Source: Prolixibacteraceae bacterium UBA5740 | GTDB taxonomy: Bacteria > Bacteroidota > Bacteroidia > Bacteroidales > Prolixibacteraceae | Reading direction: 5' to 3' | Assembly: GCA_002419285.1 (NCBI GenBank) | Contig: DIFU01000105.1 | Coordinates: 32,970 to 92,657, forward strand | DNA: 59,688 nt | In this document: positions 30,882-42,015 of the stretch, in pieces | Layout: every line of letters begins with the position of its first letter | Numbering within the stretch: position 1 is the stretch's first letter | Translations under genes and position numbers: made by a program | The notes under the pieces: model-generated | What the model saw: only the letters and a program-made list of their open reading frames with translations | The model's database searches: none | What the model was told of the DNA's origin: nothing

Positions 30882-33055
30882 TCATTCTGTTCTTTTTCTC
30901 GTAACCGTCATTTTCCCGTGAAGCTTGTAATGAGCAGTTTCACGGAGTATATCATACTCCCTGATATCCCCCATTCCAGTGGTGTTAACATCCAGGTGCT
31001 TTGACCAAACGACATTTCCCAGATTAGCCGCATAATTTAGAAAACTCAAAAAGCCAATCTGGACTTCCAGTATAGGAATAAAAGTAATCATTACATTTTG
31101 ACCTTCCTTCATCGCTGGAAAAACGAATTGACAAGGCAAGGGAGTTATCTCACCTGAATTCAGTCCGATAACCTTATTGCAGAGAGTGGTAGGATTTCCT
31201 CCCGCATCAGCAACCAGTTAAAAAGTAAATATACCACCCTTTCTTACGGTGCTACTTAACGGCTCGAGGAAGAACCGATCAAGTGTAACATCATAAACAT
31301 ATTCACCCACCATTAACACCTTCTCGAAGGTGTTATTTGTCTCGACTGTCTCCTTGACCTGGTTTTGGTCATCAACAGAACAGGTGAACGAATAAGACCC
31401 ACTGTTATCTAAACTAAACGGATTAGATGTGACGATAACCCTGTTGCCAGATTTGGCAGCAGCTATTTTACCTTCCGGAACATTTATCGTCAAGGGAGTT
31501 GAAGCTGGAACGGTGATGATCCTGGCATTGAAATCCCTGGAAATTGCTTCAGGGTGCTTAAATCCAAAAGTCATGTCAAGGGTAGCTGTTTGCCTGCTTT
31601 TTGGCGCCACACCACCTGTCCAATTCATATCCATTACGAAAATATCAGGATCCGGCACTGGTGGTGGAGGGTTACTGACTATAACAAACTGCGGAGATTC
31701 AATTCTGACGCTGTCGTCAATTACTTGTAGGCCGTAGTCCCCTTCCTCAATAAGATACTGTTTCTTAAAGAAGTTTTTAAAAACATCGAGTAACCTGTCG
31801 GCCTTAATGGAGCCCACCTTAGCCATAACCAAATCCTTAGTCTTTCCTTTGACCTAATTCAATTCAAGTTTAACTGGTAGGGTATTAGGGTTTGACATTT
31901 GCGGTGTCATTGCAATCACATTCATGTTCACGGGATGTAATCCACTCAAATTGGCAGCAGGTTGTGCCGAAACACCAGGTTTGATATGGCTAAAATGCAC
32001 TTGCGAAAGCGAATTGTCTATCTGTATTGCCTGATTTTCAGTGATTGAGCTCAAGACTCCTTGTGCCTGCAAAAATTGTTTAAACACAGGATATGCCGGA
32101 ACAAACCAACTAAGTTCCTTATCAAGGTTTCCAAGTATAATCCTGTTACTGGTGCTTACGATGTGCGTGCTCTTTGGAAAAGTGAACTTCTCCTGGTCAC
32201 CTTGTGTCAGCTTTACAGAGATATTACTTAATTGATTAAGGTGTCGGCCATAAATATAAATCCGTTGGGTTTTTCCCAAAACAATATTCTCAGGAATAAC
32301 AGCAGTAATTTTGGGAGGAACCTCTTTGACATCCAAAGCAGCAGCGTAGTCAAATCCCGTCAAGATTTTACCCCTGACCGATGGTACCAGAATAATCACA
32401 AGAAAAAACGCAAGGAATATTGCAAAAATTCCGACACTTACATAATTGGCACCTGTAAGCTTTCGTCCTTTACGAAGAAATTCCAAAGCAAAAATCAACA
32501 GTCCAATCGCCAGAATAATGGATAAAATTGTTACAATCAATCCATTGAATGTTTCATCAATTAGGTACACTGTTTGTCCAGCCGTCAGGATAATCAGGTC
32601 TTCGAGGGAAGATGTAATGGTATTTATCTGCAACTGTATTTGGGATGATACCTGGTCGATGATAGCCGGAACATAATTTCCCAGCACACCGGCCATCAAA
32701 TCATCCAACAGTAAATCCAGTTCACCCAACGCATTGTCGACCGATCAAGACGGTCAAACATATATCCGCCAGTGTTCTGAATGTCAGATTCAATGGATTG
32801 AGTCAGGATATAAAGCCTGCCATCAATCAAATCAGCAACTTCCTGGTTAATTTCGCCACTTTCCAGCTTGGAATCTACCAGTCGAGAGATGTCATTAATT
32901 TTATTAAGCAGACTGGTTGCTGCATCGGAGACTTGTTCGATCGACTCAGCAATATTTTCAGCAGATTTTCCCAGTTTATCCATGGCTCCTTTAATACTGC
33001 AACTTGCGGTAAAAAGAATCACAAGGACACACAGCACACAAGTCAGTTTTTTCAT
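30882..33055 (-). pseudogene. Interrupted roughly 724-aa lipoprotein with helical bundle, two hydrophobic helices, IPT/Ig-like and CARDB-like domains
   Basis: ORFs 31854-32729, 31218-31832 and 30882-31139 share one frame and are separated only by single stops (TAG 31856-31854, TAA 31220-31218). ORF 32696-33055 joins by a 1-nt frameshift near 32742. Span 2174 nt = 725 codons minus 1 nt. Confidence 0.8.
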
Positions 33056-33347
33056 TTACACTTCTGTTTATAAATGGTAGAAAGGTGTCAAGAATATCCA
33101 AATATCAGAAAGAGGGGCATCTTCTGAAATAAGGATTAAATCAGTGGATTAGTAGGAAGGATCCAAATATGCCATAAGAAATTTTCCATGCCATATGATC
33201 TGTATACATATACAATTTACGTATATTTCTTCAAATCATGATATTGAACAAAATATCTTTTAGATACGCAACACATCTTTTCTATTGTATAATTTAGCAT
33301 TCATAAATTGATGTCGATAAAATACCAACTTGATTAAAACAAATAAG

Positions 33348-33596
33348 ATGGAAAGTATGCAAGAATCTGATCCTGTAGTTGTATGGTCTGGAACTGTCTG
33401 GGAAGCTGGTCTTTTAAAAACCGTACTTGAAAATGAAGAAATCGAGACTTTTTTAAAAGATGAAATTATGGGAACCCTTAATCCATGGTGGACATCTCCC
33501 GGTGGAGCTGGGTCCGTTTCACTGGTCGTTTCAAAGGGTAATGAAGCCAAGGCATTGATTATTATCAAAGAATTTGAACGTCGCGGGAAATCATGA
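33348..33596 (+). CDS. DUF2007 (PII-like fold) small protein
   Basis: WEAGLLKTVLENEEIETFLKDE..G...P...V.L.V....A pattern. Start 33348 or 33357. Confidence 0.75.
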   Translation: MESMQESDPVVVWSGTVWEAGLLKTVLENEEIETFLKDEIMGTLNPWWTSPGGAGSVSLVVSKGNEAKALIIIKEFERRGKS

Positions 33597-33675
33597 TTGG
33601 TAAATCGCAAGTAAAAAACTATTTTGCCTGCTCGAAGTCATACTATGAAGTTCAATCAAAATTAATTCAGATACT

Positions 33676-35409
33676 ATGCATAGAAAATTGTTCATTGTTG
33701 CCATGATGTGCATGGCACTCATTCTTATAAAAACAGAAATCAAGGCTTGCACCAATTACATGGTGACAAAAGGAGCCTCAGTCGATGGTTCAGTAATGGT
33801 CACATACGCCGCTGATTCGCACATTCGATATGGAGAGCTATACTGGCGCCCTGCAGGTAGGTGGCCCGAAGGCTCTATGGTAACCCTTTACGACAGGGGA
33901 ACCGCCAAACCGCTCGGACAAATTCCCCAGGCCCCAGAGACATATCAGGTAATTGGATTTATGAACGAGCATCAGGTGGCTATTGGTGAAACAACGTTTG
34001 ATGGAAGAAAAGAATTGCTTGACACTACAGGCATTGTTGATTACGGAAGTCTGATGTTTTTAGCCCTTCAACGTTCAAAAACAGCAAGGGAGGCAATCAG
34101 GGTGATATCTGAGCTCGTGGACACTTATGGCTATGCCTCAACCGGGGAATCCTTTTCCATCGGGGATGCGAATGAAGTGTGGTATATGGAAATCATTGGC
34201 AAGGGAGTTGAACTGCGTACCGACAAGAAAACAAAAATTACTGCCAATGCCAACAAAGGAGCGGTTTGGGTCGCCCTGAAGGTTCCTGATGGATACATTT
34301 CAGCTCATGCCAATGCTGCCCGAATAACCAGTTTTCCACTTTCTGATGGTATCCGCTCCATTACAAACAAAGAATTTGACAAACTTAACAATCCTGATGT
34401 TGAAGTGATCTATGCACATGATGCCATTACATTTGCACGTAGTAAAGGATACTTTGAAGGTACCGATGAAAAGTTTAGTTTCAGTGATGCATATGCACCT
34501 CTTGATTTTGGTGCAGCCCGGTTTTGTGACCTTCGTGTTTGGGCAATGTTCAATGAGGTGAGTAGTGATATGGCTAAATATTGGGACTATGCTACTGGCG
34601 AAATAACCAAAGACAGAATCCCTTTGTTTATCAAACCAGACAGAAAAATTTCGGCACGTGACTTGATGCAATTCAAACGCAATTATCTGCAAGGAACAGC
34701 ATTGGATATGTCACAGGATGCTGGTGCAGGCCCCTTTGGCTTACCTTATCGATGGAGGCCACTGACGTGGGAGTATGACGGCAAGACCTATGTTAATGAA
34801 CGTACAACCGTAACCCAGCAAACAGGATTTTCATTTGTTGCCCAGATGCGAAACTGGCTACCCGATCCCATTGGGGGCGTATTCTGGATGGGGGTTGACG
34901 ATGCAGGATCCACCGTATATGTACCTTTTTACTGTGGCATAAATCGTGTACCAGAGTCATTTGCAGAAGGGAACGGCGACATGTTGCGATATTCCGACAA
35001 TGCCGCATTCTGGGTATTCAACCGGGTTGCACATTTTGTATACCTTTTTTATGACAGGGTCATGCCAGATGTCAGAAATTTACAGGATAAACTTGAAGAA
35101 AAATATGCCGCTTATCAGACTGCGGTGGATGCAGGAGCACTTCACCTATATAAAACAGATCCTGAACTTGCAAGAAACTTTCTTACTGATTATTCGTGCA
35201 ATACAGCTGACCAAACAGTTAAAGAATGGAAAGAATTGGGTGAATATCTGTTGGTAAAATTCCTGGACGGTAACGTTAAACAGACCGAAAATGGAGAATT
35301 TCTTCGGAATCCATGGGGTTATCCTCAATCTCCAGGGTTCCCGGGCTACCCCGAAAGTTGGAAAAAGCGGGTAGTGGAAGACACCGGAACAAAACTGCTC
35401 CAGAAGTAA
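33676..35409 (+). CDS. Exported C69-family dipeptidase (Ntn hydrolase)
   Basis: Signal peptide then CTNY (N-terminal Cys nucleophile), MNEHQVAIGETT, ALQRSKTAREAI. Confidence 0.9.
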   Translation: MHRKLFIVAMMCMALILIKTEIKACTNYMVTKGASVDGSVMVTYAADSHIRYGELYWRPAGRWPEGSMVTLYDRGTAKPLGQIPQAPETYQVIGFMNEHQVAIGETTFDGRKELLDTTGIVDYGSLMFLALQRSKTAREAIRVISELVDTYGYASTGESFSIGDANEVWYMEIIGKGVELRTDKKTKITANANKGAVWVALKVPDGYISAHANAARITSFPLSDGIRSITNKEFDKLNNPDVEVIYAHDAITFARSKGYFEGTDEKFSFSDAYAPLDFGAARFCDLRVWAMFNEVSSDMAKYWDYATGEITKDRIPLFIKPDRKISARDLMQFKRNYLQGTALDMSQDAGAGPFGLPYRWRPLTWEYDGKTYVNERTTVTQQTGFSFVAQMRNWLPDPIGGVFWMGVDDAGSTVYVPFYCGINRVPESFAEGNGDMLRYSDNAAFWVFNRVAHFVYLFYDRVMPDVRNLQDKLEEKYAAYQTAVDAGALHLYKTDPELARNFLTDYSCNTADQTVKEWKELGEYLLVKFLDGNVKQTENGEFLRNPWGYPQSPGFPGYPESWKKRVVEDTGTKLLQK

Positions 35410-35420
35410 GAACATCTGAC

Positions 35421-35473
35421 AAAATAAAAAGGCTGGCAAATGAAGAAATTCACAAATGCCAGCCTTTTATTTT
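35421..35473. terminator. Bidirectional terminator
   Basis: AAAAGGCTGGCA/TGCCAGCCTTTT inverted repeat between convergent genes. Confidence 0.8.
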
Positions 35474-35505
35474 AAAAATTCGAGAAGTTCTTAGCGATTA
35501 CTTTG

Positions 35506-35799
35506 CTAAACACTTTTAAGAACATCCCAGACAAAAGCCCTCACCCCTACTTCAAGGTTGATTTCATCGAGTTTCCTGACCTTTTCAAGGAGAATATTCA
35601 CCTGATCTTCGTTGACGATGGCAATGACGGCTTCATTCATCTCAGGCCATGTGTGGGAACCCATTCGTGGCTCACCGGTTTCAGACCCCCGACCCTTTAC
35701 GTTACTAAACCAGGAAAAACCACGAATATTTAGCTTGTCCAGCATATATTCCACCCTTTCGGTATTGGCCTGGTTAAATATGATCATTACTGCTTTCAT
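35506..35799 (-). CDS. PII-like transporter-associated protein (PG0541 family)
   Basis: MKAVMII..., RGFSW..VKGRGSETGEPRMGSHTWP; last gene of the RND operon. Confidence 0.8.
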   Translation of the reverse strand: MKAVMIIFNQANTERVEYMLDKLNIRGFSWFSNVKGRGSETGEPRMGSHTWPEMNEAVIAIVNEDQVNILLEKVRKLDEINLEVGVRAFVWDVLKSV

Positions 35800-35838
35800 T
35801 CTTTGAAGTTAAATCTGTTAATAATGTTTTCGAAAACA

Positions 35839-38800
35839 TTATTCCATAAAATGGAATTGCTTTTCGAGTTTACTCCTTTTGTTCCTCTCGCCATGGCGGG
35901 CCAGGATTCCATACATCACCGGCACAACTATCATGGTTACAATAGTGGAGAACACCAGTCCGCCGATTACCGTAATACCCATTGGCTTCCAGATTTCAGA
36001 ACCTTCACCTGTACTGAGAGCCAGTGGAAGCATACCCAAAATGGTTGTGGCTGCAGTCATCAAGACAGGTCTCAATCGAGATTTTCCGGAGATGGCAATT
36101 GCTTCATACAATTCATAACCTCTGTCGCGCATAAGGTTGGTGAAGTCAACCAATACAATTCCGTTCTTCACAACGATTCCAATCAAGAGAACAGCACCAA
36201 GGGCAGCCACCAAGCTCAGGGTAGTTCCTGTGATGAACAGCCCTAAAGCCACTCCCGTAAATGCAAATGGAATTGAGAACATAATTACAAATGGCATGGC
36301 AAAAGATTCAAACTGAGATGCCATTACTATAAATACCAGTAGGACACTCAGAATCATCAGCAACCCCAAATCCATGAAAGATTCCTGTTGTTCCTCATAC
36401 GCTCCGCCAACATTCAGCATAACCCCCTGCGGAATATTCAAATCGGAAATTGCAGTCTGGATATTTGCAGCCAACTCACCCAATGGCACCTTATCAGGTT
36501 TTGCAGTCACAGTAACGATTCTTTCACGGCGTTTATGTTCGATATTCGGTGGTGACCAGTATTCTTTCACCTCACCCAATTCCTTGAGTTTGATTCTAGC
36601 CCCTGTTGGGGTAACAACGGTGATTTCTTCAAGGTCTGTGATCGAATTTCTAAACTCTTCCCGGAAGCGTATACGGATATCGTACTCTTCACCTTCCTCC
36701 TTAAACCGGGATGTAATCAATCCACTTACCCGATTCCTTATTACAGAGGAAACCTGGGCTGTTGTCAGCCCGTGAATCGCAAGTTTTTCACGATCAAGGG
36801 CAAACTGGAGTTCAGGTTTGTCCTTTTTACGGCTAACCTGCACATCGATAGCTCCAGGGACTGACACCAATCTTTGGCGAACTTGTTCTGCAAGGGCATT
36901 GGTTACATCAAAATCATACCCAAAGATTTCAACATCCACGGTATTCGACGTGCCACCCATACCCTGGGTTGATGTTGAAACCGTATAGTTGACTACTTCA
37001 GGTAATTTATCAATTTCAGCCCTAATCTCATCGGCAATATCCCAAACCGACCGGGATCTCTCCTCCACATCGCTAAAACGCATCATGAAATTGATCATGT
37101 TCGATCCGGTAGTTGTAAAAAGGGAGAGAATACTACCTTCATCATCTGACCCTGTCGAAGCGGACATAATCTGTATTTCAGGAAATTTTTCACTAAAAAC
37201 GCTTTCAAGGTAACGGGTGGTTTTTATTGTCTCTTCAACCCTCAGACCCGTTTGCAACTCAATTGAAACAGTAACACTGCTTTGATCACTTTCGGGCATG
37301 AAATCAGTACCAATGAAATTAAAAAGAAACATAGAACCTAAAAACACTGCTATGGAAGTGATCATTGTCAATGTTTTATGATGCAGTACCCATCTGAGAG
37401 TTTTTTCATAGAAATTGTCCAAATAATTCAGTGCACGTTCTATGGTATTTGCATAGCTGAACCTTCCAGAATTCTGCTTCTTTGGCCTTAACCTGAGCAT
37501 CTTTGAAGAAAGCATCGGAGTAAGAGAAATTGCTGCCAAAGTGGAGGTAACAATTGTGATGGAAACAATCCAACCCAGCTGATTAAATATGACACCTGTC
37601 ATCCCTCCGACCAAGGTTAGTGGGAAAAATACCGCAACCACAACCATCGTTGTGATGATCACAGCCAACCAAACCTCATTGGTAGCATAGATAGAAGCCT
37701 CACGAGGTGTGGCACCACGCTCGACATGGCGAGTAATATTCTCCAAGACAACAATTGCATCATCCACGACCATCCCAATAGCGATAGACAATGATGTTAG
37801 AGATATTACGTTAATCGAGTTACCGGTGATATAGAGATAAAGAAATGCAACAATCAACGAAATAGGTATGGTAAGAATAATAATAAAGGTAGCTCTCCAC
37901 CTTCCAAGAAAAAACAGTACCACCAGACCTACAAATATGAATGCCCACATCAGGGTTTCAGAAAGGTTGTTTATAGATCCCTTAATGAAGTCGGAAGTGT
38001 CAATTATCAGGTTAATCTTAACATCCGGAGGAAGTTGACTCTGTAATTCATTGACATTTTTACGAACTTCACGGGCAACTTTTATGGTGTTGGCACCTGA
38101 CTGTTTCATGACGAACATTCGAAGACCTTGTTCACCATTGATTTTTTCATCCAGTGAAAGGTCTTTGATAGAATCCCTTACGGTAGCGACATCCCTTATA
38201 TAAACAGGTTTGCCGGCCATGTTTCCAACGACAATATTTCCAATTACAGAGCTTGCTGTAAATTCACCCTGAACCCTTAACTGGTAATCAAGATTTCCCA
38301 TTTTCACGTTTCCTGAAGGCATGTTCAGGTTTTCAGCCGCAATCAGGTTACCAATCTGTTCTATGGTCAGGTTGTATGCGTCGAGCTGGCGAGGGTCTGC
38401 ATCAACATATATAATCCTTCGGGGAGCTCCCATCAATCCAATTGAACCAATTCCTTCAATACGGTTAAGTGGATTTACAATCTTCTCATCCAACAGTTTT
38501 TCAAGTCCGGGAAAACTCTCCTTTGCCGTAACCGCATAAAAGACAATCGGCATCATGCTGGTATTGAACTTGAAAATAGTTGGCCTTTCAACGCCTTCGG
38601 GCAGGAAGTCAATGATCCGGTCAATCACATCCCGGATATCATTTGTAGCCTCATCAAGATTGGTCCCCCATTCAAACTCAAGATTAACCATCGAAAGGTT
38701 ATCTGATGAATTGGAGGTTATCTCCTTTAGCTTGTCAACTGAGTTCAAGGCATCTTCCAGTTGCTTAGTAACATTCGTTTCAATATCGCCGGCATTTGCC

Positions 38801-38958
38801 CCTACATATGTGGTCATTACCGAAATAAACGGGGGGTCCATTTCTGGATAGAGGTCCACGGGAATCTGTACCAGCGAAAAAATACCCATAACCACAATGG
38901 CCGTAAAGACCATGACTGTCGTAATAGGCTTATTTACTGCAATTTTATATATACTCAT
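35839..38958 (-). CDS. RND efflux permease (AcrB/AcrD/AcrF family)
   Basis: GMVVDDAIVVLENI, GIVVKNGIVLVD, SRLRPVLMT. Start trimmed to MSIYKIA. Confidence 0.96.
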   Translation of the reverse strand: MSIYKIAVNKPITTVMVFTAIVVMGIFSLVQIPVDLYPEMDPPFISVMTTYVGANAGDIETNVTKQLEDALNSVDKLKEITSNSSDNLSMVNLEFEWGTNLDEATNDIRDVIDRIIDFLPEGVERPTIFKFNTSMMPIVFYAVTAKESFPGLEKLLDEKIVNPLNRIEGIGSIGLMGAPRRIIYVDADPRQLDAYNLTIEQIGNLIAAENLNMPSGNVKMGNLDYQLRVQGEFTASSVIGNIVVGNMAGKPVYIRDVATVRDSIKDLSLDEKINGEQGLRMFVMKQSGANTIKVAREVRKNVNELQSQLPPDVKINLIIDTSDFIKGSINNLSETLMWAFIFVGLVVLFFLGRWRATFIIILTIPISLIVAFLYLYITGNSINVISLTSLSIAIGMVVDDAIVVLENITRHVERGATPREASIYATNEVWLAVIITTMVVVAVFFPLTLVGGMTGVIFNQLGWIVSITIVTSTLAAISLTPMLSSKMLRLRPKKQNSGRFSYANTIERALNYLDNFYEKTLRWVLHHKTLTMITSIAVFLGSMFLFNFIGTDFMPESDQSSVTVSIELQTGLRVEETIKTTRYLESVFSEKFPEIQIMSASTGSDDEGSILSLFTTTGSNMINFMMRFSDVEERSRSVWDIADEIRAEIDKLPEVVNYTVSTSTQGMGGTSNTVDVEIFGYDFDVTNALAEQVRQRLVSVPGAIDVQVSRKKDKPELQFALDREKLAIHGLTTAQVSSVIRNRVSGLITSRFKEEGEEYDIRIRFREEFRNSITDLEEITVVTPTGARIKLKELGEVKEYWSPPNIEHKRRERIVTVTAKPDKVPLGELAANIQTAISDLNIPQGVMLNVGGAYEEQQESFMDLGLLMILSVLLVFIVMASQFESFAMPFVIMFSIPFAFTGVALGLFITGTTLSLVAALGAVLLIGIVVKNGIVLVDFTNLMRDRGYELYEAIAISGKSRLRPVLMTAATTILGMLPLALSTGEGSEIWKPMGITVIGGLVFSTIVTMIVVPVMYGILARHGERNKRSKLEKQFHFME

Positions 38959-38977
38959 TGATATTCCGGTTTGGACA

Positions 38978-40051
38978 TTATAAATTGAATTCTTGAACAA
39001 CTTCAACGGCGACACCATCAACCAGGCGTGATTGACCGCTGACAATTACACGGTCACCTGTTTTCAGGTCATCTGAAAAGACTTCGACATCGTCGTCGTA
39101 TCGCTTACCGATCGTTACAGATACCCTTTCGGCAATACCGTTTCTTTCTACAAAAAGATACCTTTCATTTGATCCCTGCATTTTAAGGATCGCCATGGAG
39201 GGCAAAAGGATAGCATTTTCCTTGTCAAGGTCAAAGGTAACACGACAGAACATCCCTGGACGAAGCAACCCTTCACGGTTATCAATCTGGACTTCGACAT
39301 TGAATGTACGGTTCATGGGATCAATCGTGGGATGGATTCGATAAACCTTGCCTGTATAGGTTTTGTCCCTATAAATATCGGTTAGGATTGCCACTTCCAT
39401 ACCGTTGCGCACCAGCGGAAAATACTTTTCAGAAAGTGCTGCCATTGCCTTTAAACGGTCAATCTGTACCAAAGAAAGAACGGCAGCTTTCCCGGCCTGT
39501 GTATTGGGCGCACCTGAGTATAGCTCACCGGCCTCAAAGTACCTACCCGAAATAACTCCACTGAAAGGGGCCAGCAAACGTGTATTTTCGCGTAAAAACT
39601 CAACATTTGATTTGGCAACATCATATTGGGCTTTTAATTGGTCGTACTGTTGTTGAGCAATACTTCCCACTTTGGCCAATGTATCAAGACGTTTAAAATC
39701 CGTCTCAAGAGTCTTTAACTGGATCTCAGCCTGATGAAGTTGCGTCCTATCCATTTGGACCAAAGCAGTTCCCTTGGAAACTCTGTCCCCTACTTCCACA
39801 AATATCCCTTCAATCCGTCCAGGGGAAGCGGGTGCAAGGTGCACTTCCTCGAATCCCTCCAAGCTGGCTGGATATTCAACTGATCGGGCAACCTCCTGGA
39901 GCTGAAGTTCCATAACCCTTACCATCTCCTTTTTGGGAGTTGCATCGCCTTGGGCAGACTTTACAGCCTTATCGCCGCCCTGACTGCATGCCATCATGAC
40001 GGCCAATCCCATGAACGGGATTCCTTTAAATAATTGTCTCATTGTAATCAT
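38978..40051 (-). CDS. RND periplasmic adaptor (membrane fusion protein), lipoprotein
   Basis: Lipobox MAC, lipoyl half-motifs (GRIEGIFVEVGD, LAPFSGVI), LRPGMF. Confidence 0.93.
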   Translation of the reverse strand: MITMRQLFKGIPFMGLAVMMACSQGGDKAVKSAQGDATPKKEMVRVMELQLQEVARSVEYPASLEGFEEVHLAPASPGRIEGIFVEVGDRVSKGTALVQMDRTQLHQAEIQLKTLETDFKRLDTLAKVGSIAQQQYDQLKAQYDVAKSNVEFLRENTRLLAPFSGVISGRYFEAGELYSGAPNTQAGKAAVLSLVQIDRLKAMAALSEKYFPLVRNGMEVAILTDIYRDKTYTGKVYRIHPTIDPMNRTFNVEVQIDNREGLLRPGMFCRVTFDLDKENAILLPSMAILKMQGSNERYLFVERNGIAERVSVTIGKRYDDDVEVFSDDLKTGDRVIVSGQSRLVDGVAVEVVQEFNL

Positions 40052-40061
40052 GTATTTTTTT

Positions 40062-41363
40062 TTACTTCAATTGTCCATATAATTTATCAAGTTCCACACG
40101 GGCACTTAAAATCTGATATATAGCCGAGATATAATCGCTTTCGGCTTTCACATAATTATTATCGGCAGTAACCAGGTCCAACCCTGAAATCATTCCATGT
40201 TCAAACTTCAGTTTCAGGTTATTGTACACTCTACGTGACACATCCAGGTTAGCTACCTGGTTGGTGTAGGTTTCCATGGCATTCCTAAGGTTAAACAGAA
40301 GTTGCTTATTCTGTATTTCAAGCTGCTCGGTAAGAAGAGCTTTCGTGTTTTGGGCTGTTTCCAGGTCGACCTTTGCCTGCTTAACCTGGGCCATGCGAGT
40401 ACCTCCAGAAAATATAGGTATTGAGAGACTTAAACCGACCATGTTTTTGGGCGACATATCGAAATCAGGTTTTAGAATTTTCTCGGTACGTGCATAAAAC
40501 CCAACCAATGTTGGCAAGTAATTAGACTGAGCCATCAAAACCTGTTTTTCAGATAGTTGCTCCTGAAAATCGATTAGTTGATAATCAAGGTTCTGTTGTA
40601 CGGAAAACAGTGGCGATTGCAATGAGGGGTTAGTCACTTTTGTAAGGACGTCACTCAGATTCTCAGACAATTCCATTTCTGTCTCAGCTGACACCCCAAG
40701 TTGAAGTCTTAACATGTTCTGAGCCATTTCCAACTGCCTCTGTGCTGAATTAACTGCATTCTGCAATGCGGAAATTTGAACTGAAAGTTGATCTACATCG
40801 GTTTTTTCAATTATACCGACTACTTCCATGGCTGCTGTCTTTGCATAAATATCTTTCAGATTCTTCATGTTCAGATCAAGTAATTTCAGCATTTCGTCGG
40901 ATAACAATACGAGATAGTAACTTTCGCTCACCTGAGCAATTATGTCCTGTTCGTTTTTCTCATGAATTTTCGAGGTAAGACTTGTTCCAAGTTTGGCAAG
41001 CTGCAACCCGACAAAATAATTTCCACTGAAAAGTAACTGATTCACTCTCAAATTAAAGTTACTGGTAGGACGAATAGGAATTTCACTTGCCGGCATATCC
41101 TCATTAAATCGAATGGAAATACTCGCCCCCAAAGCATTTGAATAATCCATGGTGGCGGATACCTGAGGTAAGCCAGCGGCAATGGCTTCTTTTAGTTGTA
41201 GAACGGACTTTTCAGTCGCCAAACTAGAATTTCTTAGTGTCTTGTTATACTGAAGAGCATATGATCTGGCTCCAGGCAAATCCAAAACCAGCTTATCCTG
41301 GGCATGAATTATACCGGATAGCAGAATCATCAACATTAACGATAAAAATTGTTTCCCTTTCAT
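40062..41363 (-). CDS. TolC-family outer-membrane efflux protein
   Basis: Signal peptide, duplicated OEP repeats (LPQVSA, YLPTLVG, LSIPIFSGG). Confidence 0.92.
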   Translation of the reverse strand: MKGKQFLSLMLMILLSGIIHAQDKLVLDLPGARSYALQYNKTLRNSSLATEKSVLQLKEAIAAGLPQVSATMDYSNALGASISIRFNEDMPASEIPIRPTSNFNLRVNQLLFSGNYFVGLQLAKLGTSLTSKIHEKNEQDIIAQVSESYYLVLLSDEMLKLLDLNMKNLKDIYAKTAAMEVVGIIEKTDVDQLSVQISALQNAVNSAQRQLEMAQNMLRLQLGVSAETEMELSENLSDVLTKVTNPSLQSPLFSVQQNLDYQLIDFQEQLSEKQVLMAQSNYLPTLVGFYARTEKILKPDFDMSPKNMVGLSLSIPIFSGGTRMAQVKQAKVDLETAQNTKALLTEQLEIQNKQLLFNLRNAMETYTNQVANLDVSRRVYNNLKLKFEHGMISGLDLVTADNNYVKAESDYISAIYQILSARVELDKLYGQLK

Positions 41364-41381
41364 TGTCTCTTTATTTCAATA

Positions 41382-41996
41382 TTAAAATTTAGTTTCATTA
41401 AAATATCTTTCCATCAGTTCCTGGCCTTTTCTGGTACATATACCCCGGAAATAAGGCAATATTATGAATTCCAGGACTGCCTCTTCCTTAAGGTTCATTA
41501 ACCTGATTCGCAAGCTATTGTGAAGAAAAATGATTAATTCATGAAGAAAATTATCAACAATCTCAATATTCAGGTCACTCCTGAATACACCATCACTTTT
41601 ACCCTTTTCTAACAAGGCATAGGAGGCAGAAAATTCTTTAAGTTTTTCATTATCCTGGTAAAAGCATTCATTTATGCAGGAAAAGTACTTCTTCAGGTCC
41701 TCTTTGTAAACCGGATTAATATTGCTGAGTCGCTCATTTTCCTGGCGGATAATCATAAAAAGAGCCTCAATAACATCTCCTGCCTTTGATATAATTTCTA
41801 AAAATAATTGATTGTTTCTGTTAATTTCATGCTCAATTACCTGAATGACCAAGTCATCTTTATCCTTGAAATGTTCATATATTGTCCTTTTCGAAATGCC
41901 AAGATCAAATGCCAAAGCATCCATGGTCACATTTTTTATCCCAATGGATGAAAAAAGTTCTTCTGCGCGTTCTTTTATTCTTTCTTTTGTTTCCAT
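41382..41996 (-). CDS. TetR/AcrR-family transcriptional regulator
   Basis: N-terminal HTH GIKNVTMDALAFDLGISKRTIYEHFKDK. Confidence 0.93.
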   Translation of the reverse strand: METKERIKERAEELFSSIGIKNVTMDALAFDLGISKRTIYEHFKDKDDLVIQVIEHEINRNNQLFLEIISKAGDVIEALFMIIRQENERLSNINPVYKEDLKKYFSCINECFYQDNEKLKEFSASYALLEKGKSDGVFRSDLNIEIVDNFLHELIIFLHNSLRIRLMNLKEEAVLEFIILPYFRGICTRKGQELMERYFNETKF

Positions 41997-42015
41997 CTAT
42001 TCCAAACAAGGTTGG

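Noticed and set aside
31218..31856. Stop-codon recoding (pyrrolysine or an alternative genetic code) to explain the in-frame stops
   Set aside because: Two different stops (TAG and TAA) plus a frameshift occur. Other genes in the window end normally at TAG, TAA and TGA, and no recoding machinery is present.
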